Source: Dehalococcoidia bacterium (lineage in GTDB: Bacteria; Chloroflexota; Dehalococcoidia; Lucifugimonadales; Australimonadaceae). Taken from it: DNA of 64,000 nucleotides. The DNA lies in assembly GCA_965116305.1 (NCBI GenBank), contig OZ220673.1, positions 469,784-533,783 on the forward strand, in the 5' to 3' direction. Positions 1-9,338 of the stretch are shown here, piece by piece; position 1 is the first letter of the stretch, and every line of letters starts with the position of its first letter. Below the pieces are notes generated by a model. It saw nothing but the letters and a program-made list of their open reading frames with translations. It was not told where the DNA came from and searched no databases. Made by a program: the position numbers and the translations under genes.

Positions 1-178
1 TGGACGCGATACGGTTCTTGACGACCCTGTACTCGACTCCCTGCTCACGCAGGCGATGCCGCAGTTCGGTCATCTGGTTGACCTTGAGACCGGAGAAGTC
101 CGTGGCGATGACGATGGCGGCCTTGCTCAGGCGCTCCGCCAGCTCTGCCACTGCTTCCCGTTTCGCTTCCGTCGGCAC
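1..178 (-). CDS. rplJ: 50S ribosomal protein L10, N-terminal part (gene runs off the left edge)
   Basis: The reverse strand from GTG (complement of 176-178) reads VPTEAKREAVAELAERLSKAAIVIATDFSGLKVNQMTELRHRLREQGVEYRVVKNRIAS, a typical L10 N-terminus. A GAGAGGTGA Shine-Dalgarno lies upstream. Its position after rplA matches the usual rplKAJL order. Confidence 0.85.
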   Translation of the reverse strand, partial: MPTEAKREAVAELAERLSKAAIVIATDFSGLKVNQMTELRHRLREQGVEYRVVKNRIAS

Positions 179-344
179 TGTTTCACCTCTCCATAACAAA
201 AGACCCGCTTCCGAAGACGCGGGCCCTGCGCTCTCATACGGTATGAGGCTTGATCAGGCGCGCCTCGGTGGGCCCTTCCGGCTTAACCCCGCGATGCGGG
301 GACCCACGGTCTTCGGCGTTGGCTGTTCGCTTGTCGTATGCAGT
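179..344 (-). promoter_or_regulatory. rplA-rplJ spacer; candidate L10 leader with an attenuator-like hairpin
   Basis: 166-nt untranslated spacer in front of rplJ. The minus strand carries CCCGC-G-TC-TTCG-GA-A-GCGGG (204-223, UUCG tetraloop) followed by TCTTTTGTT, about 25 nt before the rplJ start. L10 leaders are a known autoregulatory element, but homology was not tested. Confidence 0.4.
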
Positions 345-1058
345 CTACTCGACCTTCATCGCCACCGTCGAGCCCACGTCCAGCGGAACGCTGGGGCCCA
401 TCGTGGTTGTGAGGTGCGCTGTCTTGATGAACTGCCCCTTCACCGCAGCCGGGCGGAGCCGGTTCACCGTGTCCATCACGGACGCCACGTTCTCGAGCAG
501 CTGCTCGTCCGGGAAACTCGTCTTGCCCACCGGCGAGTGGATGATGGCGGTACGGTCCATCCGCAACTCCACGCGTCCCTTCTTCGCCTCGCGTACGGCG
601 TCCGGGATGTCCTGCGGCTGGACGACGGTGTTCGTGCGCGGGTTCGGCATGAGGCCCCGGCGACCCAGCACCCTGCCGAGTCGTCCGATCTTGCCCATCA
701 TGTCCGGCGTGGCGATGGCTACGTCGAAGTCCAGGAACCCGCCCTCGATGCGTTCGATGAGGTCGTCGGCGCCGACGACCTCCGCCCCGGCTTCCTGCGC
801 CGCGAGCGCCCGCTCACCGGCGACGAACACGGCCACGCGCACGGGCTTGCCCAGTCCGTGGGGGAGCGAGGCGACGCCGCGCAGCTGCTGGTCGGCGTGG
901 CGCGGGTCTGCGCTCGTGCGCAGGTGCAGTTCCACCGTCTCGTCGAACTTGCTCGTAGCGGTCTGCCGCAGCACGCCGATCGCCGCCGCGGGTTCGTACC
1001 GCTGCTGCCGGTCTATCGTCTCTGCCGCGGCGCGGTAGCGCTTGCCGTGCTTCACCAT
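345..1058 (-). CDS. rplA: 50S ribosomal protein L1
   Basis: 237-aa ORF. MVKHGKRYRAAAE...GLMPNPRTNTV...GRVELRMDRTAIIHSPVGKTSF is canonical L1. Confidence 0.97.
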   Translation of the reverse strand: MVKHGKRYRAAAETIDRQQRYEPAAAIGVLRQTATSKFDETVELHLRTSADPRHADQQLRGVASLPHGLGKPVRVAVFVAGERALAAQEAGAEVVGADDLIERIEGGFLDFDVAIATPDMMGKIGRLGRVLGRRGLMPNPRTNTVVQPQDIPDAVREAKKGRVELRMDRTAIIHSPVGKTSFPDEQLLENVASVMDTVNRLRPAAVKGQFIKTAHLTTTMGPSVPLDVGSTVAMKVE

Positions 1059-1060
1059 GC

Positions 1061-1489
1061 CTACTCTTCCTCTACGGCGACGCCCATGCTGCGAGCCGTA
1101 CCCTCGATGATCTTCATGGCGGCGTCCAGGTTGGCCGCGTTCAGGTCCTTCTGCTTCGTCTCCGCTATCTCCCGGATGGCCGAGCGGGACAGCGAACCGG
1201 CGCGCTCGTGGCGCGGGCTGCTGGAGCCCTTCTCCACGCCCATGGACTTGCGGATGAGTTCCGACGCGGGAGGCGTCTTCGTGACGAATGTGAACGAGGC
1301 GTCCTCGAACACCGTTATCTCGGCGGGGATGATCGTCCCCACCTGGTTCGCGGTGCGGGCGTTGTACTCCTTCACGAACCCCATGATGTTGATGCCGTGC
1401 TGGCCCAGCGCCGGCCCCACCGGAGGCGCGGGTGTCGCGCTCCCGGCCGGGAGTTGTAGTTTCAGAACTGCCCGAACTCGCTTCGCCAC
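1061..1489 (-). CDS. rplK: 50S ribosomal protein L11
   Basis: 142-aa [36 protein letters not shown] is canonical L11. It sits 2 nt upstream of rplA. Confidence 0.97.
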   Translation of the reverse strand: MAKRVRAVLKLQLPAGSATPAPPVGPALGQHGINIMGFVKEYNARTANQVGTIIPAEITVFEDASFTFVTKTPPASELIRKSMGVEKGSSSPRHERAGSLSRSAIREIAETKQKDLNAANLDAAMKIIEGTARSMGVAVEEE

Positions 1490-2059
1490 TTACGCCCTCT
1501 CTACCTGCAGGAAGTCCAGTTCAACCGGCGTCTCGCGTCCGAAGAACGACACGAGCACGCGTACCTTGCCCTTGTCCTCGTCCACCGTGTCCACGGAACC
1601 CATGAACTCGGCGAACGGCCCGCCCGTGATCCGGACCATCTGCCCGGCGGCGAGCCCCACCTTGATGCGCGGGGTGGGCTCCTCCATCCGGTTCAGGATG
1701 TGCTCCACCTCACGGTCCTCCAGCGGTACCGGCTTCGGACGGCGTTCGCGCTCGTCCTCGGACGAGACGAAGCCGGTGACGCCCGGCGTGTTCCGCACCA
1801 CGTACCAGCTCTCGTCGTCCATCCGCATCAGGATCAGGATGTAGCCGGGGAATATCTTGCGCTGGACGGACTTGCGCTTCCCCTCCTTCATCTCGATCTC
1901 TTCTTCGGTCGGCACCACGACCCTGAAGATCTTGTCCTTCACGTCCATGGACTCGATCCGCAGTTCTAGGTTCCGCTTCACACGGTCTTCCTGTCCGGAA
2001 TACGTGTGAACGATGTACCAGTGAGACTCGATCTCCGGTATGACGGACTGTTGCGTCAT
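1490..2059 (-). CDS. nusG: Transcription termination/antitermination factor NusG
   Basis: 189-aa ORF. HWYIVHTYSGQEDRVKRNLE (NGN domain) and GQMVRITGGPFAEFMGSV (KOW). It abuts rplK. Confidence 0.95.
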   Translation of the reverse strand: MTQQSVIPEIESHWYIVHTYSGQEDRVKRNLELRIESMDVKDKIFRVVVPTEEEIEMKEGKRKSVQRKIFPGYILILMRMDDESWYVVRNTPGVTGFVSSEDERERRPKPVPLEDREVEHILNRMEEPTPRIKVGLAAGQMVRITGGPFAEFMGSVDTVDEDKGKVRVLVSFFGRETPVELDFLQVERA

Positions 2060-2108
2060 CAGCCTCTGTCTTTCTTGGTCCGATGAAAGGTGCCGGGGTG
2101 CGCCCTGC

Positions 2109-2351
2109 CTACAGGAACACCCGCTCTACCAACGTGCTGAAACCGAGGTCCCACAGGGCCAGGAACACCCCCACGACGGCCGACACGCCCAACACCAGCA
2201 GCGTCAGGCGTGCAGCGTCTTCCCGTGAAGGCCACGTTACCTTCGTCAGTTCGCTCCAGACCTCGCCGATGAACGCCAGCCTGCCTCTGCGGCGGACCTG
2301 GCCCTCGTCCATCATCGAGCGGAGCGGGTTCCGGCCTCGGGCTTGTGCCAC
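2109..2351 (-). CDS. secE: Preprotein translocase subunit SecE
   Basis: 80-aa ORF. ELTKVTWPSREDAARLTLLVLGVSAVVGVFLALWD gives a single C-terminal TM helix. Position is the conserved rpmG-secE-nusG order. Confidence 0.9.
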   Translation of the reverse strand: MAQARGRNPLRSMMDEGQVRRRGRLAFIGEVWSELTKVTWPSREDAARLTLLVLGVSAVVGVFLALWDLGFSTLVERVFL

Positions 2352-2352
2352 G

Positions 2353-2523
2353 CTACCGTACCTCGCGGTGGAGGCGATGCGTCCTGCAGCGTGGGCAGAA
2401 CTTGTTCAACTCCATCCGGTTCGGATCGTTCCGCCGGTTCTTCTGGCTGTGGTACGTCCGCTCGCGGCATTCTGTACACGCCAGATTGATCAACTGGCGG
2501 ACGTCTCCTCGCTTCTTGGCCAC
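2353..2523 (-). CDS. rpmG: 50S ribosomal protein L33
   Basis: Not in the ORF track because it is under 60 aa. Hand translation from GTG (complement of 2521-2523) gives [56 protein letters not shown], stop at 2353-2355. It has the Cys-x2-Cys ... Cys-x2-Cys zinc-ribbon form of L33. Confidence 0.88.
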   Translation of the reverse strand: MAKKRGDVRQLINLACTECRERTYHSQKNRRNDPNRMELNKFCPRCRTHRLHREVR

Positions 2524-2532
2524 GATCGCTCC

Positions 2533-3729
<1,197 letters not shown>

Positions 3730-3833
3730 CTAACCCTCTGCCTCCTGCTGTTCTCTCTTGATCCTTTGTTTCCTGTTGCTCGCTGTCATCGGCCGGAGTC
3801 CCTTCGGAACGCTCCCGACCCCTTGCGGTCGCC

Positions 3834-3909
3834 TGGAGCCCACAATCGGACTTGAACCGATGACCTCGTTCTTACCAAGAACGTGCTCTACCGCCTGAGC
3901 TATGTGGGC
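3834..3909 (-). tRNA. tRNA-Thr (anticodon GGT), CCA encoded
   Basis: Reverse complement is GCCCACATAGCTCAGGCGGTAGAGCACGTTCTTGGTAAGAACGAGGTCATCGGTTCAAGTCCGATTGTGGGCTCCA. It folds as a cloverleaf with acceptor GCCCACA/TGTGGGC, anticodon loop TTGGTAA and T-loop TTCAAGT. Confidence 0.92.
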
Positions 3910-3939
3910 GTGTCGTGCTGTTGTCTTCTGTGGCGCGGC

Positions 3940-4026
3940 TGGTGGAGGGAGCAGGATTCGAACCTGCGTAGCCCTGAGGGCGTCAGATTTACAGTCTGAT
4001 GGATTTAGCCGCTCTCCCATCCCTCC
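3940..4026 (-). tRNA. tRNA-Tyr (anticodon GTA), long variable arm, CCA encoded
   Basis: Reverse complement is GGAGGGATGGGAGAGCGGCTAAATCCATCAGACTGTAAATCTGACGCCCTCAGGGCTACGCAGGTTCGAATCCTGCTCCCTCCACCA. Acceptor GGAGGGA/TCCCTCC, anticodon loop CTGTAAA, class II variable arm. Confidence 0.92.
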
Positions 4027-4108
4027 ACGGAGGCTGTGCGCCTGTCCGGTGAACGTATCCTAACACTCTCCCCTGTCTGTAGGAGAGGCTCGCTCCCCCG
4101 GTGAGACT

Positions 4109-4183
4109 TGGAGCCCGAGGAGGGAGTCGAACCCACAACCTGCCGATTACAAATCGGCTGCGCTGCCGTTGCGCCACTCGGGC
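4109..4183 (-). tRNA. tRNA-Thr (anticodon TGT), CCA encoded
   Basis: Reverse complement is GCCCGAGTGGCGCAACGGCAGCGCAGCCGATTTGTAATCGGCAGGTTGTGGGTTCGACTCCCTCCTCGGGCTCCA. Acceptor GCCCGAG/CTCGGGC is perfect and the anticodon loop is TTTGTAA. There is one T:T mismatch in the T-stem. Confidence 0.85.
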
Positions 4184-4204
4184 CGGGACGGCATCCGCCT
4201 CAAC

Positions 4205-4231
4205 CAAAAAAGACGGCCCGCAGGCCCGTCC
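4205..4231 (-). terminator. Intrinsic terminator downstream of hsdR (minus strand)
   Basis: The minus strand reads GACGGGCC-TGC-GGGCCGTC (7 bp with one mismatch) followed by TTTTTTGG. It lies between the end of the R-M operon and the tRNA genes. Confidence 0.6.
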
Positions 4232-4330
4232 AATCGCAGATTATCGTACACCCGCGCAGGCGAGTCAAGCGTCACGCTTGCCCTCCGCACAGCAGTCGTG
4301 GGCGTGACCCGCGACGTGGGGCGCAGCCCC

Positions 4331-4438
4331 CGTCATTCCAGCGAAAGCTGGAATCCAGCGTGCCCGACGGGGCACATGGGCCGGGGCGTGGGGTGTCTTC
4401 TCCTTCTCCCCGGGGGAGATGGCTAGGCTGAGGGTGAA
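4331..4438. repeat. Intergenic repeat cluster (family A hairpin plus family B hairpin)
   Basis: CGTCATTCCAGCGAAAGCTGGAATCC at 4331-4358 and TCCTTCTCCCCGGGGGAGATGG..GCTGAGGGTGAA at 4403-4438. The latter overlaps the hsdR stop. Confidence 0.8.
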
Positions 4439-7400
4439 CCGGCGGGGGGCTGGCCACGGAGGGCAGCCCCGATGTAGGTCATCGCGAAACTCATCTCCGT
4501 TACCCACCGCCGGAACGACTCGTTGTCGCTGAACTGCTTGAACAGCTCCGTGTGGTCGTAGAGCAGTTCATTCATGGCGCGCTCCAGCGCCTTGTCGTGC
4601 TCGATCCTCGCGTTCTGCTTGTCGGAATTGGCCATTGCGTTCTTGTACGCCTGGTCCTCGGCTACCTTGGCCGGCAGCTCTTCGATTATGACCTTCCCGA
4701 TCTTGTCCTGGTCCTTCCACTCGATGTTGCCGAACCGGTTGTTGAAGTCCTTGAGGATGTTGGAGAGCCGGTCCATCTCCGGTTCGGCCTTCTGTCCACC
4801 ACCGCCGGTGTCTATCGGCGGGATCTCCGCATCCTCGTCCGCAAGCTGGATGGCCTGCACCGCCTGCTTTTCCACGCGGTAGCTGTCCATGTCGATGGTT
4901 TCGAGGATGCCCTTCGAGAAGTCGTCCTCGATCGGCGCAGGGAGCTTGGGAACGAGGAACGTCAGGAAGATGGACAGTTTCTCCCACTCGGCGTAGGCAT
5001 AAGGCAGGATGGCCCCCAGGAAATCGTAGGACCGGAGAAACGCCTTCGCCTTCCCCTTGAAGTCCACCTGTCCGTCCTCGTCCAACTGCTCGCGGTACAC
5101 CGCGACGCACGCGTCCAGTATCGGGTCGAGTTTGTCGCGGTCAGCCCCTCCGAGATACAGCTCGACCAACTTGTCCACCTGTGCTGGGCTGTAGACCTGG
5201 TAGCCGTCGAGGGTTGCCTTCAGGTCGTGCAGCCTGTTCGGGTCCGTCTCCTCCGACAGGATGGTGGTGCGGTAGTAGTCGGCGAACGCGTTCTGGATCG
5301 TGTCGGCGTCGTTGGCGAAGTCCAGCACGAAGGTATCGTGCTTCTTGGGGTGGGCGCGGTTGAGGCGCGACAGCGTCTGCACCGCCTTCACGCCGGACAG
5401 CACCTTGTCCACATACATCGTATGGAGCAGCGGCTCGTCGTACCCCGTCTGGAACTTGTCTGCGCACACGAGGAAGCGATAGGGCTCTTCTTGTATCTTC
5501 TCCTCGATCAGGTTGGACGGGAAGCCGTTGAGGGACGCTTCGGTGACCTTTGTCCCTTCGTACTCATGCTCGCCGGAGAAGGCGACGATGGCCCGGTAAG
5601 GGATCTTCCACTCCGTGAGGTAGTCCCGGATGGCGTAGAAGTACGTGATGGCCCGATTGACGCTGCCGGTGACCACCATCGCCCGCGCCAGTCCGCCTAT
5701 CTTCCGTTGCCCCGCGGCCTGCTCGTTGAAGTTGTCCACCATCATCTCCGCCTTGAGTCGGATGGCGTGATCGTGCTCCTCCACGTAGCGGCGCAGCTTC
5801 TTGCTCGCCCGGTTGGTGTCGAACTCCGGGTCTCCTTCCACTGTCTTCACCAGCCGGTAGTAGCTGTTCGCCGTCGTGTAGTGCGCAAGCACGTCGAGGA
5901 TGAACCCCTCTTGGATCGCCTGCTTCATCGTGTAGGAGTGGAAGGGCACGTGCCTCGTCTTGCCGCCCTCGGGAACGAGCGCTCCGAAGATCTCCAGCGT
6001 CTTGTTCTTCGGTGTGGCAGTGAAGGCGAAGTAGCTGGCGTTGGTCAGCAGCTTTCTGCTCTCCATGATCTGGTTGATCTTGTCCTCGGTGGTCTCCTCC
6101 TCCTCAGCGTCAACCTCTCCAAGGACCCTCCCTACAGCCGCTGAGGTCTTGCCGCCTTGGCTGGAGTGCGCCTCGTCGATGATGAGGGCGAACGTGCGCC
6201 CCTGGTGCTCGCTGCCGATGGCGTCTACGATGAACGGGAACTTCTGAACGGTGGTGATAACGATACGCTTGCCTGCCTGGAGCAGCGTCCGCAGGTGCGC
6301 GGAGGTCTCGGCATGGCCCACGGTGGAGCCAACCTGGGCAAACTGTTTAATCGTGTCGCGTATCTGCCTGTCGAGCACCCTCCGGTCTGTAATGACGATG
6401 ACGGAATCGAAGATCGTTTTGTCGTCATGCTTCAGACCGATTAGTTGGTAGGCTAGCCACGCGATCGAGTTGGACTTCCCGCTCCCCGCCGAGTGCTGGA
6501 TCAGGTACCGGGGTCCGGCGCCCCTCTCGGATGCATCGGCGAGCAGCTCGCGCACCACGTCCAACTGGTGGTAACGCGGCCATATCTGCTCTCGCTTCCT
6601 GCGGCCCGTCTTCTCGTCCTTGGACTCCAGGATCTGCGCGTAGTTCTCGATGATGTCAGTCAGCCCGTCGCGCGTCAGTACCTGCTTCCACAGGTAGTCG
6701 GTTCTCAGGCCGTTGGGGTTCGGCGGGTTGCCCGCGCCCCCGTCGGTCCCCCCCTTGTTGAAGGGCAGGAACCACGACGACTTGCCAGTGAGGTGCGTGC
6801 AGAACTTCACCTCCTGGTCGTCGACGGCGAAGTGGGCGAGGCAGCGGCCCAGCTCGAAGAGCCGCTCTCTGGGATTGCGGTCTCGCTTGTACTGCTCGAC
6901 GGCGTCCTCCACCGTCTGCTTCGTCAGGCTGTTCTTCAACTCGAAAGTGGCAACAGGCAGGCCGTTGACGAACAGGCACACGTCCAGGGCAAGCTGCGGG
7001 TTGTCGTTGCTGTACCGGAGTTGCCGCGTCACGCTGAACCGGTTCTGCCGGTACAGCGCCTCCGCATTCTGGTTCCCCGGCGACGGCGTGCCGTACATCA
7101 GCTCTATCTGGTAGGGCCCGTGTTTGACGCCCTTCCGCAGCACGTCGATGGTCCCCCGTTTGGAGACCTCGCTCTGCAACCGTGCCAGGAACTTGCGCCG
7201 TGTGGGGCTCTCCTTCCGGAGGTCCAGCGACTCTGCGACGACCGGCTGCGTGGCTTCGAGGAACGCAGCGAGCTTGGCGAGGTCGACGCAGTACTCACGC
7301 TCGTAGTCGTGCGGGTCGCCGCATACCCAGCCGAACCCATAGGCGGCCGGCCGCTCTTCCAATGCGCCGTCCGGGGGCGTGTCGCACGGGGCGCCCGTCA

Positions 7401-7644
7401 ACGCCTCGCAGATGAGGCGCTCAAGCCCCTTCTCGCTGGTGTCGGTGACCGCGCCGGCTGCACGTCCCACGTGCTTTTCCCCGGGACGGTAGAACGCCCC
7501 CCGCGTCACGTTTGACCAATTCAGAACTTCGGGGGCGTCTGTGGTGTCGATCTGGTCGTCGGGCAGCCTCTTCAGCGCCGATATCTGCTCCCGCTGTCTC
7601 GGCGTCAGCTCAGGCATATCCTTCCTCGTAAGCTCTTCTCTCAT
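4423..7644 (-). CDS. hsdR: Type I restriction enzyme R subunit (HsdR), with a BrnA/DUF4415-like N-terminal segment in the same reading frame
   Basis: 1073-aa ORF. SF2 helicase motifs are present: QHSAGSGKSNSIAW (Walker A) and LIIDEAHSSQGG (DEAH box), along with the typical HsdR architecture. Residues 10-57 (MPELTPRQREQISALKRLPDDQIDTTDAPEVLNWSNVTRGAFYRP) look like the first half of a BrnA antitoxin. Alternative starts are ATG 7617 (SD GAGGAAGGA) and GTG 7470 (HsdR-only). Confidence 0.9.
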   Translation of the reverse strand: MREELTRKDMPELTPRQREQISALKRLPDDQIDTTDAPEVLNWSNVTRGAFYRPGEKHVGRAAGAVTDTSEKGLERLICEALTGAPCDTPPDGALEERPAAYGFGWVCGDPHDYEREYCVDLAKLAAFLEATQPVVAESLDLRKESPTRRKFLARLQSEVSKRGTIDVLRKGVKHGPYQIELMYGTPSPGNQNAEALYRQNRFSVTRQLRYSNDNPQLALDVCLFVNGLPVATFELKNSLTKQTVEDAVEQYKRDRNPRERLFELGRCLAHFAVDDQEVKFCTHLTGKSSWFLPFNKGGTDGGAGNPPNPNGLRTDYLWKQVLTRDGLTDIIENYAQILESKDEKTGRRKREQIWPRYHQLDVVRELLADASERGAGPRYLIQHSAGSGKSNSIAWLAYQLIGLKHDDKTIFDSVIVITDRRVLDRQIRDTIKQFAQVGSTVGHAETSAHLRTLLQAGKRIVITTVQKFPFIVDAIGSEHQGRTFALIIDEAHSSQGGKTSAAVGRVLGEVDAEEEETTEDKINQIMESRKLLTNASYFAFTATPKNKTLEIFGALVPEGGKTRHVPFHSYTMKQAIQEGFILDVLAHYTTANSYYRLVKTVEGDPEFDTNRASKKLRRYVEEHDHAIRLKAEMMVDNFNEQAAGQRKIGGLARAMVVTGSVNRAITYFYAIRDYLTEWKIPYRAIVAFSGEHEYEGTKVTEASLNGFPSNLIEEKIQEEPYRFLVCADKFQTGYDEPLLHTMYVDKVLSGVKAVQTLSRLNRAHPKKHDTFVLDFANDADTIQNAFADYYRTTILSEETDPNRLHDLKATLDGYQVYSPAQVDKLVELYLGGADRDKLDPILDACVAVYREQLDEDGQVDFKGKAKAFLRSYDFLGAILPYAYAEWEKLSIFLTFLVPKLPAPIEDDFSKGILETIDMDSYRVEKQAVQAIQLADEDAEIPPIDTGGGGQKAEPEMDRLSNILKDFNNRFGNIEWKDQDKIGKVIIEELPAKVAEDQAYKNAMANSDKQNARIEHDKALERAMNELLYDHTELFKQFSDNESFRRWVTEMSFAMTYIGAALRGQPPAGSPSA

Positions 7645-7885
7645 TCGGCGTCGCTCGGCGGGCGCTGATGATGCGTCCAGCGTCCGGCTCGTCAGGCCAG
7701 GTGTGAACGACCAGGACGAGGAGCCCTTCGATCATCCCAATCGTACGCCATCGCTGCTCGTATGGGTACGGATCGTCGTGTGTCGCTGCGAGCAGATCAT
7801 CGAACACGAGTATCGCGGTCTCGAACTCTATGCCGTGGTCCCGGAGGTTCGCTTCATTCTTCGCTTGGTCCCACTCCCAGATCAA
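7610..7885 (-). CDS. brnT: BrnT-family (DUF497) toxin, putative ribonuclease
   Basis: 91-aa ORF with a TTG start. IWEWDQAKNEANLRDHGIEFETAILVFDD...RWRTIGMIEGLLVLVVHTW...GRIISARRATPNERRAYEEG matches the BrnT pattern closely. Confidence 0.85.
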   Translation of the reverse strand: MIWEWDQAKNEANLRDHGIEFETAILVFDDLLAATHDDPYPYEQRWRTIGMIEGLLVLVVHTWPDEPDAGRIISARRATPNERRAYEEGYA

Positions 7886-9338
7886 TTGCCTGGCCTACCT
7901 CTTCCGGCTCACCCACGTCGTAGGAGCCATCCTCCCTATTGTCCGGCACCCAGTCATCTTCGTCTATCGGCTCTTCTGTCTCCTCCTCTTCCTCCGGGAG
8001 CAGCGCCGCCGCCTCGCGTACGTCCACCTTGCCCGTCACCACGTCGGCGACGAGCCGGGTGCGGTACTCCTCGACCAACTCGATCTGACGGCGAACCCGG
8101 GCGATAGCCTTGTCAATCGGTGCTGTAGTTTCTCCCACGTACCGCAGAATCGATTGGCGTTCTTCAAGCGGAGGAAATGGAACCTTCATGTTGCGTAGAA
8201 TTCCTAATGTCAGTTGATTGATAGTCGACGTAAAGAATGCTCCTGATTGGTACTCAAAGAACTCCGAATTAAATACTTGGTGCAGATAGTCGTTATTCAC
8301 ACCTCTGAATACTGTCATGAAAGCGCCAAAGGTCGTCCCCGCAGAATCTGCGCTGATGCGGGCGTTCTTCCCAATCAATGTTCGGCTTCCACTTCGAGTG
8401 CAGATAAGTATATCTCCATCTCTAGTAATCAATTTGTCCGGTACGGTACTACTCACATAAACGTTGTCGCCGTACACCAACTGTCCCCCCAGTATGTTGG
8501 ATGCACGTAGAACCAGGATTCCTGCGTCCTCGTCCACCACGTCTTGGGGATCGTAGGTCAATCCAATCAGTGCATCGCCCAGATTCCTCAGCCGCCGCAC
8601 TTCCCAGTGCTCCGGCACGTCCCCGAGCCACTCGACGCCGGAGGGCTTGAGGCGGGCGTTAGAGTCGAGGCCACGGGTGACGGCCTCGTTGACGATGGCC
8701 TGCTTCTCCTCCTCCAGCAGCGTGATGAGTCTCCGCTTAGTGCCGACGTACCGGCGGATGCGCTGGTCCACATAGTCCAAGTAGCGCACGATGGTCCGCT
8801 GCTCAGGGATAGGGGGAAGAGCAATCTGAACGGATTTGATGCCCACGTGAGTAAGGCCATACCGTGTCACTCCATTCGCCCTTACGTGGAACTGGTATGC
8901 CACAGCCTTGCTCTGCAATGCCAGGGCCAGATAAGCACCCTCTGTCTCAGCCGACGGCCGTAGCAAGGCTAAGTGGTAGCCAGAGAGAAGGTCATCGGCT
9001 GACTCTGCTACCAGACAAGGAACGCCGATGTCGTTCCAAGCCTCGGAGTCCTTGGTGATGAGCACATCGCCCCGCTCTAATCGAAATCTCTCAATCTCGT
9101 CAAGCGAGGCCGTCGCTGGCATAAAGGGCATAGCCGGTGTGATGCGGTCGTGTTTGTAGACATCGACATAGTTGCACAGACGAATAGGTATCTCCTCCTC
9201 TCGCGTGTGCTTGTCTACATTGCTGACGCGCATGTCGGCGACAGTCCTCAGCCGACGCACCTCCCAATGCTCCGGCATGTCGCCAAGCCACGGGATGCTG
9301 GAGGCCTTGTAGGCAGGATAGGAGGGGAGAGGGTTCAT
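7854..9338 (-). CDS. hsdS: Type I R-M specificity subunit (HsdS) with an acidic C-terminal tail
   Basis: 494-aa ORF. It has the duplicated TRD/conserved-region layout: LGDMPEHWEVRRLR and LGDVPEHWEVRRLR, two coiled-coil regions (IPEQRTIVRYLDYVDQRIRR and LEERQSILRYVGETTAPIDKAIARVRRQIELVEEYR). The tail is LPEEEEETEEPIDEDDW... Confidence 0.92.
   Translation of the reverse strand: MNPLPSYPAYKASSIPWLGDMPEHWEVRRLRTVADMRVSNVDKHTREEEIPIRLCNYVDVYKHDRITPAMPFMPATASLDEIERFRLERGDVLITKDSEAWNDIGVPCLVAESADDLLSGYHLALLRPSAETEGAYLALALQSKAVAYQFHVRANGVTRYGLTHVGIKSVQIALPPIPEQRTIVRYLDYVDQRIRRYVGTKRRLITLLEEEKQAIVNEAVTRGLDSNARLKPSGVEWLGDVPEHWEVRRLRNLGDALIGLTYDPQDVVDEDAGILVLRASNILGGQLVYGDNVYVSSTVPDKLITRDGDILICTRSGSRTLIGKNARISADSAGTTFGAFMTVFRGVNNDYLHQVFNSEFFEYQSGAFFTSTINQLTLGILRNMKVPFPPLEERQSILRYVGETTAPIDKAIARVRRQIELVEEYRTRLVADVVTGKVDVREAAALLPEEEEETEEPIDEDDWVPDNREDGSYDVGEPEEVGQAIDLGVGPSEE

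Noticed and set aside
18-1844. 608-aa plus-strand ORF across rplA/rplK/nusG. The same applies to 2083-3855 opposite tuf, 13148-14632 opposite otsA, 39168-40634 opposite the ligase, 29988-32951 and 30613-34125 within the PKS region, 51070-53094, 52809-54476 and others.
   Set aside because: These are long stop-free antisense or off-frame ORFs, as expected in high-GC DNA. Their translations are Arg/Ala/Gly/Pro-rich and low in complexity, and each overlaps a gene with unmistakable conserved motifs on the other strand or frame.
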